IMG/VR virus record: IMGVR_UViG_2931680285_000001
Location: 31,011-95,010 of that record
Origin: a virus
Lineage: Duplodnaviria > Caudoviricetes
DNA length: 64,000 bases
Strand: one strand, 5' to 3'
The notes beneath the pieces were generated by a model, which saw only the letters and a program-made list of their open reading frames with translations, had not been told where the DNA came from and did not search any database. The position numbers and the translations under genes are program-made. Shown one piece after another: positions 10,047 through 22,300 of this stretch (its first letter is position 1; every line of letters begins with the position of its first letter).

Positions 10047-10258
10047 TCTGGCCCACCGTCTGGTTCGTCTGGACCTGCATGTTCGCCGTCGCCGAGACCA
10101 TCGCCCTGGTCAACCGGCGCGAGGGCGACACCCTGAGCGAAACCGTCCGGGCTCTGTTCCACACCCGCACCTCCAAGGTCGGACGGGCGGCGTTCGCCGT
10201 CGGGTGGGCCGGATTCTCCGTCTGGTTCGCGGTACACATCCTCACCGAGACGATGTGA
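10043..10258 (+). CDS. small membrane protein
   Basis: two hydrophobic segments flanking GDTLSE; GTGA overlap with portal. Confidence 0.65.
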   Translation: MIWPTVWFVWTCMFAVAETIALVNRREGDTLSETVRALFHTRTSKVGRAAFAVGWAGFSVWFAVHILTETM

Positions 10259-10297
10259 GCCCGTCTCCGTAGAGGGCAGCCCCGCCGGACAGGCAGG

Positions 10298-10329
10298 CCG
10301 CGACGCTAGGCCGTCGCGCTCTGCATCGT
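10298..10329 (+). promoter_or_regulatory. bipartite promoter-like motif copy
   Basis: CCGCGACGCTAG-N14-CATCGT, ATG 6 nt later. Confidence 0.7.
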
Positions 10330-10335
10330 CCGCGC

Positions 10336-13300
10336 ATGCTGATGCGCACCGCCCCGACCGACCTGAGTCGCACCCTTGAGGCCAAGTCCGTACGACGGCC
10401 GTGGAACTCTGCCCTCCACCCTCGGGACTCGAAGGGCAGGTTCATCGAAACGGGAGGAATTGCCCGCCTTTGGTCGGGCAATCTCGCCCGCGTCGTGCGC
10501 GCCCTGCCTCGCGACCGCGTCCTCGTCCAGGACCGTGCGTCCGACGGCACCTACACGGGACGGCGGCACAGCACCAGCGCCAAGTGGATCACCATGGTGG
10601 CGCGCCCCGACGGCTCCGCGCCGACCGCGAACCAGAAGAAGGTCGAGCAGGAGGACGCCCGCCGGGGCGCCGACGACCGTCGCGGCCTCGGGCTGTCCCG
10701 CGACGACCACGGTGACCCGGACACGCCGGACGAGCCACACGACGTCGACGACGAGGGCAACGCGATCGGCGACGATGAGGGTGACGCGCCGGAGGACGAC
10801 GACCAGGACGAGCCGGAAGACGGCACCCACGACGTCGACACGGACACCCTGCCCAACCGGCAGGCTCTGCCCGGCAGCCGTTTCACGGACACGGCCGCCG
10901 TACGTCGGCACTTCCTGGAGCTGGCCGAGCAGCCCGGCACCAACTCGGCGGCCCTGCGACGTCTCGCGGGCGATGAGGACTTGCAGATCACGCCGACCGG
11001 CGGCCTGGTCACCACCCGCGACGACGCCAACGGCCGCTGGTACCTGACCGCGACCGGCACCGGCGGCTACCTCGACGTCGGCGACTTCTCCAGTCGCAGC
11101 GAGGCGGAGGCCGCCGCCGACTCCATCCACGAGAACGTCCGCAACGGCCACATCATGCCGGGCGAGTTCAACCAGCCCATCGACTTCTCCGACCCGAAGA
11201 TCGGGACCTGGCTCCAGGACTGGCGCTCCACCAAGGGCGAGGGCGCCGAGCAGGCGATCCGCCGTGCGGTCAGCGACTTCCGCGCCTCTCGCCACAAGGA
11301 GGGTTCCGCCTCGCGTCCGAAGCCGGTACGCCAGGCCGCTCAGCCGCGAGGCCGGTTCACCACCCTCCAGCAGGCGCGGGACAACTGGGCCCGGCGTGCC
11401 GCAGACCTGCGGGCCTCCGGAAGCGAACAGGACCGGGCTGCCGCTCGTGCTCTCGACGAGCTGATCAAGGAGCCGCGGCTCAAGCTCGTCGGCGACGGAC
11501 AGTTCGTCACCCACCGCGTGGACGGCGACTGGTACCTGCACGCGACCGGCACCGGACAGCAGATGGGGTGGTGGTTCGACAAGCAGGCGGACGCGAAGGG
11601 CTTCGCCGACCACATCGTTGGCACGCTGAAGGGCAAGGACGGCAAGCCGCTCGACTTCTCCGACCCCGCCTTCGCCGACTACCGGGGCACGTGGCGTTCG
11701 GACAAGGGCCGCGACTACCACCAGGAGTGGACCGCCGCTCGCGCCCTGTGGGACCAGGAGCACCCGCCCAAGCACAGCATCGCCACCGACCGGCTCGCCG
11801 AGACGCTGCGACGCCCGCCGTTCGGCGACCAGCCGACCCCGGACGACAAGGACGAACAGTCCGCTCCGCCGTCCCCGGCACCGGGCAACGACTCCGAGAA
11901 CGACGTCCCGGGGACCGACTCCGGCCAGTCCGAACCTGGCCCGGCAGGCGAGCAGCCGGAGCCGGAGCAGGCCCCCGATCCCGAGGAGGCACCGGAGGAG
12001 AGCGACGACCGGCCGGCAGGCGTGCCCGCCGACGCCGAGCCCGTCGACGGCGTGCCCGGGTACTGGGCAACGTCCTGGAACCCCGGCCCGGTCACCGTGT
12101 ACGGCCCGGACGGCAGCCGGATCGCGTCTGTCGAAGGCGGCTACAGCGACCGGCACGCGACCGTCGACGGCGTACGGCTCCCCATCGGCGGCCACCTCAC
12201 CATCGCTGACCAGATCATCGCCCGCCACCACCTGGCCACCACCGACCCGTCCCAGGCCGACCGCGTCCACCTCGCGTGGACCATGCACAAGACCAAGCGC
12301 GTGGTCGCCGTACGCGGCACCGTCAAGGACGATCCGACCGACGACCGCGCCGTCAACGCGGCCGGCAAGCTCGCCTGGTCCCCGGTGCAGAGCGCGCGGA
12401 TCACCGGCACCCAGTGGAAGCCGGAGACCCGCGACCGCAAGGCCGCCGACATCCTGGCCGCCTTCGTCCGCCAGGGCCGCAACGTCCGCTTCACGGACGA
12501 GACCACCCGCAAGTCCGATGCTCCAGAGCCGTCGCAGCCGCTCGACGAGGAGGACAAGAAGCTCCGCGTCATGTCCGAGACGGACCTGCGCGAGCACCGC
12601 ACCAACCTCCAGTTCCACGCCCAGACGGCACGGTCCCCGCGCAGCAAGCAGCAGGCCCTCAACTCCGTGCGCAAGGTGGAAGCGGAGCTGGAGCGCCGTC
12701 GCGCCGTCGCCGAGGACGGCGAGCAGAAGACCCCTCAGGAGCGTGCAGCGGCCCTGAGCGATGTCGACCTCGCCCAGGCCATCAGTAACTCCGAGCGCGA
12801 GCGCGGCACCTACGGCTCGCGTCGCGGCGACAAGCTCAACGATGACGAACGGGCGCTGTACGCGGACCGCCGCCGCCGCTCCACCGAGCGGATCTCGCGC
12901 GTCGCGGCCCCGCAGGACCTCGACGACGACGCCCTCACCTCGTACATCCAGGACCTGGACCGGCTGAAGCGAGCCCACGACCCGGGCGGTTCGACTCACG
13001 AGGAAGACGACCTTGCCCCCGAGCGCGACCTCTGGGACGACGTCTCTTCCCGGCTCGACGATGCCCTGAAGGAGCAGAGCGAGCGGCAGCTCCGCCAGAT
13101 CGAGCAGCGCCCTCCCGTGCAGGACCTCGACGACGAAGCCCTGGAGGCGGAGGCCGCCAGGCTCCCGGTACGCCTGCCGAAGCTGGACGAGGAGCAGAAC
13201 AAGATCCTCTCTGCCCGCCGCAGAGCGGTGTACGAGGAGCGTCAGAACAGGAAGGCGGGGGTCTACCGGCGCCGGCCCGAGCCCTCCGGCCTCGAAGACG

Positions 13301-16300
13301 GCGATCTCGTCAAGGAGTTCCGCGAGCTCCAGAAGAACCGCAACCTGACATCCGGAGCCGAGCGCGAGGCCCTGGAGGAGCGCCGGCGGGCCATCTTCGA
13401 CGAGCAGAACCGTCGCGGTGCGAAGGGCCACGAGGAGACCGTGCGGCGTGCCGAGACCCGCGAAGACCCGCTGAACGCGCACTACAACATCTCGGTCCGG
13501 GTCGACGGCAACTCTTACGGCGAGGTCTCGTACCACGAAACCGGCTCCACCTGGGCAGGCGGCCCCAAGGCCGGATGGAACGCGAAGACCGACCGGTACG
13601 GGGGCGGCCTGGGCTCCTTCCCGAGCATGGTCGAGGCCCTGGCCGCGCTCGTCGAGAACTACGACACCGACCCCAACACCGAGCCGGTCCGCCTGTACGG
13701 CCGGACCCACCAGGTATGGGTGCCGAAGATGTTCTTCGAGCTGTACCAGTCCTCCCGGCGCGCGGACTCCTTCCCGTCAGCGACCAAGGAACGCCAGACC
13801 CTCTACGGCCGGTTCAAGGGGCACGGCTACGGATGGTCGGACCGCACCAATCCGATCACCGGGAAGATCGGCAAGGGCGCCGTCCTGGAGATCCCTGAGG
13901 GACTGCTCGCCGAGTTCCAGCGGGTCACCGAGGAACTGTCCCGGGAAATGATGCTGCGGTCCACCGACCGCGAGCTGGACTCGTCGGACCGTTCCAAGGC
14001 CCGTACTCGACTGGCCGCGATCAACGCGGCGCTGCACGGCATCGACGCCGCGCGCACGAATGTACGAAAGGATGGCGGGGACGACGACCGCAAGGTCATC
14101 TCCGCCAAGGAGATCGAGGCGCAGCAGGCAGCCCTGCGCGCCGCACTGAGTACGGATGAGAGGGCTGAGGATGAGCATCTACAGCCAGGTGGCCAGGGAC
14201 CACTGGACGAAGCATCTGCCCAGGGAACTGGCGCAGATGGCCGACCCGGAGAAGTTCTTCCTGAGCAAGGGCAGGGAGATCGAGACGGCGATTCTGGTGG
14301 CCGAGGAGGCGCTGGAGAAGACCGTGCCGGCGGCGACGGAGTACGAGCAGCGGGCGGGTCAGCTCAGGCAGATCAGGGCGACCGCGACCGAGATGGTGCT
14401 GCGGGACCTGCTGCCGGAGCCCGAGCCGGAGACCGAGGAGCTGCCGACCCTCACGCCGGAGATGCGGGATCTGCTGGCGATGAAGGACGAGGTGTACGAC
14501 ATGTAGGCCGGTTCCGGCCGGACCCGGCCGACGCCGCGACCCGCGGGCCCGTTCAGCGTGCTGCCGCGAACGTCGAGGCGATCCGGGTCCTGAAGCGGCT
14601 GGAGCAGGAGAACCGTCCGGCCACCGAGCAGGAGAAGCGCACCCTCGCCCGCTGGAGCGGCTGGGGCTCGGTTCCGATCATGTTCGCGTCGGAGCCGAAC
14701 GAGAAGGAGCCGCGCTACCAGCAGGGTGGCGCGCGCTTCGGGAAGTTCACGCAGGACCACGCCCGCTGGGCGGAGTACACCGACCTGCGGGCCATGCTCT
14801 CGAACGAGCTGACGCCGCTGGAGTGGCAGCAGGCTCGACGCGGCACGCTGTCCATGCACTACACGCCTCAGGGCATCGCCGAGGCCATGTGGGACGGCCT
14901 CAAGGCCCTCGGGTTCGAGCGCGGCGACGTTCTGGAGGCCGGGTCCGGGTCGGGCACGTTCTTCGGTGTCTCCCCGCAGGACGCCCGCCTCACGGGCGTC
15001 GAGCTCGATCCGACCACGGCACGGATCGCGAAGGCGATCTACCCGGACGTCAACGTCCTGAACGAGAACTTCGCCGAGACGGACGCCCCGGCCGGAACCT
15101 TCGACGCGTCCATCGGCAACGTGCCCTTCGCCGCTGTCCCCTTCGGCGATAAGCGCTACCCGTCCGAGTCCCTGCACAACGGCTTCGTCACCAAGGAACT
15201 GGCACTGACCCGCCCCGGCGGCGTCACGCTCCTCATCACCTCGCGCCACACCCTGGACTCCAAGGGCGACAAGGCCCGCAAGCAGATCGCGAAGTACGGC
15301 GACCTCATTGGCGCCGTCCGCCTGCCGTCCGGCGTCTTCAGCGACGCCGGCACCAGCGTGGTCGCCGACGTCCTCGTCCTGCGTCGCCGTGCCGACGGCC
15401 AGGAGCCGGGAGACACCTCCTGGCTGAACGCGCCCGAGCGGAAGGTCGGGGACACCCGAGAGCACGTCAACGCCTACTTCGCTCAGCACCCTGAGCACAT
15501 CCTGGGCGACCTCACCACCGAGTCGTCGCCGTACGGCCCGCGCCTGACCGTCAAGGGCGATCCGGGCAAGGCGGCCGACCAACTCCGCGACGCCCTTCGC
15601 GACATCGCCGAGAAGGCCAAGGAGGACGGCCGCGGCTACGAGCCGCACCCCGACGGAGACGACCGCCTTCCCATCCACCTCCAGACCGCCCGCGAGAAGC
15701 ACGCCAACGACTGGACCGGCCGCCTCTACGAAGGCGACGACGGCCAGCTCTACCAGCACGTCAACGGCGGCAACCCCGTCGTAGTCGAGCCGTCCGACGG
15801 CCAGGCCGACCAACTCCGGGCCCTGATGCAGCTCCGCGACGTCGCCGCCGAACTGCGTGTCCTGGACCGCAAGCGGGAGGAGGACGAGCGGGCCGAGAAG
15901 CTGCGTGCCCAGCTTCGCGACCTGCACACCTCGTACGTGCAGCAGTACGGGCCGCTGTCCAAGCCGGGCCAGTTCCGCAGCATGAAGACCGGCGTCCGAG
16001 AGGACGGCACGGAGGAGCGCACCCCGACCGCCTGGGGCTACTTCCGCTCCGACCCCGACGCCGGGTCGGTCCTCGCACTGGAGCGCTGGGACGCGGACAA
16101 GCAGGAGCCGGTCCTCTCCCGCGTCTTCACCGAGCGGGCCGCCGCCCGTCGGCAGCCGCTCGACCAGACCGACGACCCGAAGACCGCCCTGTCCGCGGTC
16201 GTCGCCGCCACCGGCGAGGTCGACCTCGGCGAGATCGCCCGCCTGCTGAACACCGACCCGCAGGACGCCCTGCGGGCCCTGGGCACCGAGGTCTTCACCG

Positions 16301-19300
16301 ACCCGGTCACCGGGCGCCTGGAGCTGGCCGGCGCCTACCTCTCCGGCCCGGTCCGCGACAAGCTCGCCGACGCCCGCCGCGCCGCCGAACGCGATCCTGC
16401 GTTCCAGGTCAACGTCGCCGCGCTCGAAGCCGTCCAGCCCACTGACCGCACGATCGGCGAGTTCACGCCCGAGATGGGCGCGCACTGGACGCCGCCCGAG
16501 CTGCTTCAGGGGTTCCTGCGCGAGTACCTGGGCGACAAGACGCTCCGAGTCGCCCACGACGACCGCTACGGCTGGATGCTCTACACCGGCCAGGTCCCGA
16601 AGGCCAACAACGTCCTGCACGGCGTCGCGGCCAACGAGGAGAAGGGGACCAAGGGCAAGGGTGCGGTCGACATCGCCCGCGCGATCCTCGGCCACGGCTC
16701 GCTGACGATCTACCGCGACGACAAGCGGCGGGACGTCGACGAAGAAACGTCCCGCCTGGTGCGGCAGAAGGCCGACCAGATGCGGTCGGAGTTCGCGAAG
16801 TACGCCACGGCCAACGCCGACCGCCTCACCCGCCTGACCAACTCCTACAACACGATCATGAACGGGCACGTCGTCCGTTCGTACGACGGCATGAGCCCGT
16901 CCCTGGACGGCTTCACCCCGGACCGCGACCCGCACCCGTGGCAGCTGTCCGGCGCCGCCCGCATGCAGTTCGAGCGGTCGGTGATCCTCGCCCACGAAGT
17001 CGGCCTGGGCAAGACCTCCACCCTCGTCATGGGCACCCAGGCCCTCAAGGGCTCCGGACAGATCGAGAAGCCGTTCGCCGTCGTCCCCGACCACCTCGCA
17101 CAGCAGTGGTACGACGAGGCCCGCTACCTCTACCCCAACGCCGAGATCCACCTGATCACGTCGGCCGACCTCGCCGACGGCCGCCGCGACAGCACCCTGG
17201 AGTGGCTCCGCGCCAACAAGCCGGACCTCGTCATCTTCACCGAACCCGCTTTCGGGTCGATCAAGATGAGCCCGGAGGCGCAGGAGGAGTACGAGTTCCG
17301 CGAGCTGGAGGCTCTGCGAGAACAGCTCGACCGGCAGTACGAGGACGCCACCAACCCGAACCACCCGTTCATCGTCGCCAAGATCGAGCAGCGCATCGCG
17401 ACGGTCCAGAACAAGATCAGCAAGAACGCCGCGCCCATGCGCACCCCCGGCGCCACGTACTGGGACGACCTCGGGTTCGACTACGCCGTCGTCGACGAAG
17501 CCCACCGCTACAAGGGCGTCGGCTTCCGCTCCCGTGAGGGCGGCGGCGACCCCGCGTCCATCCGGGGCGTCGACCTCCACCAGAAGCTGACCGACCTGCA
17601 CCGGCGGCGCGCCGGCCGCGCCACCGTCACCCTGGCCACCGGCACGCCGCTGTCGAACTCGATCACCGAGCAGTACACGATGCTCGCCCTGGCCGCCCCC
17701 TGGGTCCTCGACTCCTACAAGGCCGGTGCCCCCGACCTGTGGGCCGCCACCTTCGGCCGCAAGACCCTCCGCGTCGAGAACGCGCCCGACGGCTCGGGCC
17801 TGCGGGTCGTCGAGCGGTTCAGCGAGTTCCACAACAGGCGCGCCATGAAGACCATGTGGGGCCTGGTCGCGGACACCAAGCGCGCCGACGACGTCGGCAT
17901 CCCCCGGCCCAAGATCAGGGGCGGGCAGCCGAACCTGGTCATGGTCGACCCGACCAAGGACCAGACCGCCCGGCTGAAGAAGCTGGTCGCCCGTGGCCGC
18001 GCGATCCACAACGGCGAGGTCGACCGCTCCCAGGACAACATGCTCGCCGTGTCCAACGAGGGCACATCCGTCGCCCTGGACCCGCGGCTCGTCGACGCCA
18101 AGGCCCCGGCCGGCAAGAAGCTCGCCGCCGTCGCCGCCCGCCACGTCGAGCGCTACCACCAGCACAAGGACCGGGTCTACAAGACCCACTACGGCAGCAC
18201 GGAGGACCACCCGGTCCCCGGCGCCCTCCAGATGATCTTCCTCAACGAGGGCGTCCCGGGCGGCAACAACCGAGGCGACTTCGACGCGTACGCCGAACTG
18301 AAGCGACTCATGGTCCAGGGCGGCATACCCGCCGACAAGATCGCCTTCGTCCAGGACGCCAAGAAGTCCGGCAAGCCCGAGCACCTGGCCGAGCTCTTCC
18401 GCCGCGCCCGGGACGGCGAGGTCTCCGTCCTCATCGGCTCCAGCAGCGTCGCCGGCACCGGCATGAACGCGCAGAACCGCATGGTCTCCCTCACCCACGT
18501 GGACCTGGACTGGGGCGCAGCGCAGATGGAGCAGCGCAACGGCCGCATCCTGCGCTACGGCAACCAGAACGACGAGGTCGAGGTCGACATCTTCGCGACC
18601 AAGGGCAGCCTCGACGGCTGGAAGGCCGGATTCGTCGCCTCCAAGGCGGAGGGCCTGGTCGACATCCAGCGCCCTGAGATGGCCGACAGCGACACCCGCG
18701 ACACCGTCACCGAACTCGACGTCGACTACCCCGACTACGAGACGATGGAAGCGGAGATCGGCGGCAACCCCTACATGAGCCAGCTCATGAAGGCCCGCCG
18801 TCAGCTGCGTGACCTGGAGATCGACCAGCACAACGAGGCCGCCGAACGCGTACGGCGCGCCGAGGCACTGGCAGAGCTGGAGCAGGAGACCGCCGACACC
18901 CGGGCCGGCATCACCCGCCGCGAGGCGGCGCTGCCCCGCATCCGCGACGTACGCGGGACCTTCAGCATGGCCATCGGCGGCATGCCCTACACGGAGCGCG
19001 CCGACGCGGCGGCGGCCCTGCACCGGCAGGTGACCACCCAGCTCCTGGACCACGCCCACGAGGGCGTGAGCCCGTGGAAGACCGTCGGCCAGCTCGGCGG
19101 CCTGGACGTCGCCGTGCGAACGGAACGGCGCGCGGACGGGAAGCTCGTCGCCCATGTCGGCTTCCCCGACCTCGCCCGTTCCAGCTTCGAGCGCACCCCG
19201 GACGACCTGAAGAAGCGCGGCGCCGGGTCGGGCATGATCACCCGGCTCGCCAACGCGTTGGAGAAGGCCCCCGCCCTCCAGGAGGCCGACCGGCGGCGGC

Positions 19301-22300
19301 TGCCGGAACTCGACGAGCAGATAGCCCTGCTCCAGTCCGCACAGACCGCTGCCGACCTCACCCCGCAGATCGAGCACGCCCGTGCCCGCGCCAACCTGCT
19401 CGACGACATCGTGGGACGGATCGCCGACCTCGACAAGCTGCCGGAGATCGACGAGGACGACCTCGACAAGAAGCTCACCGAGACCCAGCGGCGCAAGATC
19501 GTCGAGGAGCGTCGTACGGCCCGTGTACCCCTCCAGGGTGCCGTCGGTGCTGCCGTCCTGACCCTGGAGGAGTTCGACAAGAAGTTCCCCGAACCCGAGC
19601 GCCCGGAGCGCCCCCGCGACCGGGGGCAGGAGCAGGTACGGCTTCCGGCCGACGAGGTCGCTCAGGTCCTCGACGCGATCCGCCCCGAGGAGGGTGGTGC
19701 CGGCGAAAAGCCGACCGCCCCCGGGGACTCGGACGAGGAATCCCCGCAGCCCCTCGCGGAAGATCTCTCGGAGGAGTCCCAGACGGCAGCGGGCAGCGGT
19801 CTCATCGCGGGCCGCTTCCAGTTCGACGAGCCCGTCACCGACCTCGACGGCCAAGGGTGGTACGTCGGCAGCGAGAACGACGACGGCACCGTGAACGTCT
19901 CCAACGGCCCGAGCAGCGAGACGTTCCGGCCGGAGGAGCTGACCAGCGCCCGCCAGGACGCCCCGTCTGCCCCGAACGTGCCGGAGATAGCGCCTGAAGG
20001 ACCCGACGACACGGTCACGCTCGACCGCGACGATGTCGAGCAACAGCTCGAAGCCCTCCGCCCCGCAGGCGACCGCGCACCGTCCTCGATGAGCGAGCAG
20101 GAGATCACCGACGAGATCGTCTCCCTGATGGAACGGGAGATGCTGGAAGGTGAGCTGACCGGCGCCGACCGCACGCGAATGGCCGTCCTGGAAGCGGAGA
20201 ACGACCGCAGAGCCGGGCGCGCCCCGAAAGCTGAGCCCAAGAAGCCCACCCCCGACCCCGTCGATGACGGGGGCCTCTTCGACGTCGCCGCACCCGCCCC
20301 GCAGGAGCCGGCCGCCGCCGACCCGGACAACCCGCTCGACCAGCCCGACGATCTGTACGGCACGCCGGACATGTTCGCCGACCACGAGGGCCGGGACACG
20401 AGCCGCCTGCGCCCCGTGCAGATGCGCAGCCCGGAGAACCTGTCCGAGGGCGACCGGTACACCGACGCCGACGGTCGTACGCACACGGTGGCCGAACCGC
20501 CCAAGCGCACCGGCCGAGGCCGGGTTCGCATCGTGACGGAGGGCGGCGAGGAGCACTTCTACAGCAGGGATGCCGAGCTCCGGCTTCGCTACCCCGACGA
20601 GGAGATCGACGACGACGCCCAGGACTCGAACAGCCGGGATGCGTCCGACGAACCCGCCGCCGACGACGCCCAGGGCGGCGCCCCGAACAGCGACGAGAGC
20701 GACGAGAGCGACGAGAGCGACGAGGACGAACGACAAGGCCACCGTCGCCGTGACGGCGACCCCGACGGTGCCGCACCGGCCGATGCCCCGGCCGGTGGGT
20801 CCGGCGGTCCTTCGCAGCCGGACGTCGACCAGGACGAGGAGGACGACAGCAAGAACGAGGAGGACGGCGCCGACTCCGCAGAGAACAACGAGGAGGACGA
20901 CGAGCGGCGTCGCCGACGGCGTCGTGGTAACCGCCGGTCCGATGGCCGGGGTCCGAACGGGCCGGGTCTGCCGGGGCTTCCGGGCATCCCGCATCTGCCC
21001 GATGTCGACTCGCGTGCCCCCGAGGACGGTGGCACGGCTTCGGAAGGGCCATCCCCCCGCAGGGCGCCTCGCGACGTGCAGGGCCTGCGCGCAGCGTGGA
21101 GGCGCGGCGAGGGCCTGATCGCCGAGGAGAACACCCCGGAGCGGCGGGCATTCCTTGCCCAGCTCGCCGACAACCCCACGTTGTCGCTCTCCTCGGGAGG
21201 GGGGATCGCCACCTGGACCGACGACACCGCTCCCGATGGGATGCGACGCTGGCACTTCGCCCAGGCGCGCAACGGCGGCCGGTTCGGGGGGATCACCCTC
21301 ACCGCTCGTACCGCTGACGAGGCTCGGGATCTCGCGGACCTCTTCGAGATCATCACCAGTGCCGGCGGACAGCAGATCGACTGGCACCAGCCGCTCACGA
21401 CGAGTGCCGTCGCCGGGTGGAGCGACCGCGACGGGCGGACGCTGCCGGAGGCCCTGCGGCACCTGCGCGACCTGTACCAGGACGGCGACGAGCAGGAAGC
21501 GGGACTGGTCAAGCCCCTGATCACGCTGCCGGAGGACCTGACCGACTGGACCGACGAAGACCTCGCCGATGCGTGGGGAGCGGGCCTGTCCCCGGCCGAC
21601 CAGCAGCGCGTCACCGCGGAGATGGACCGGCGAGACGACGCCGACCAGCGTGTCCGTGACGCCCTCCCGGAGACTCCGGCCGCCGACGCTGACGAAGTGC
21701 GTCGCCGCGGTGAGGCGATGGACGCGGCGCTCGGGTTCTCTGGCGCCGACGCCACCCGCCGTCCGCTGACGCGCGAGGAGCGGATGCAGCAGGAGTTCGC
21801 GGACTGGGACGAGGCCCGCTACCAGGCCGCGATCGAGGCCACCAACGGCTACTTCTACAGCAAGAACAGCCGTCGTCTGCCGCGCGTGAACGAGCGCGAT
21901 CTGTTCTCCGGGGGCTCGCTCTCCAGGTTCGGTCGCTGGCGTGAGTACGCGAGCGAGGAGCTGATCGACTGGTACGACGCCAACGGAGGCCGCGTCACGT
22001 ACAACGCCTTCAAGGCCCAGCGGCGCGCCCACGAGAAGATCGAGCGGGAGCAGTACGAGGAGCAGCGGCGCAACGCGAGTCCCATCCCCGAAACCTCGCC
22101 GGCTTCGTCCAGCCCTTCTCCGGCCGAGGGGCCGCGCGCGTCCGACGCTGACACCAGCAGCCAGATCGATGTCGACGACATCAGCTTGGCGTCGGCTTCT
22201 CCGGGCCGGGAGAGCGAGGAGGAAGGTGCCGCGCGCTTCGGCGGCCCCGAGCAGGTGCGGGCCTTCGTCGAGCGCGCCCAGATACGTGAGGGCGGCGGCG

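Noticed and set aside
20691-20725. GACGAGAGC tandem repeat
   Set aside because: Simple in-frame DES coding repeat in a disordered linker
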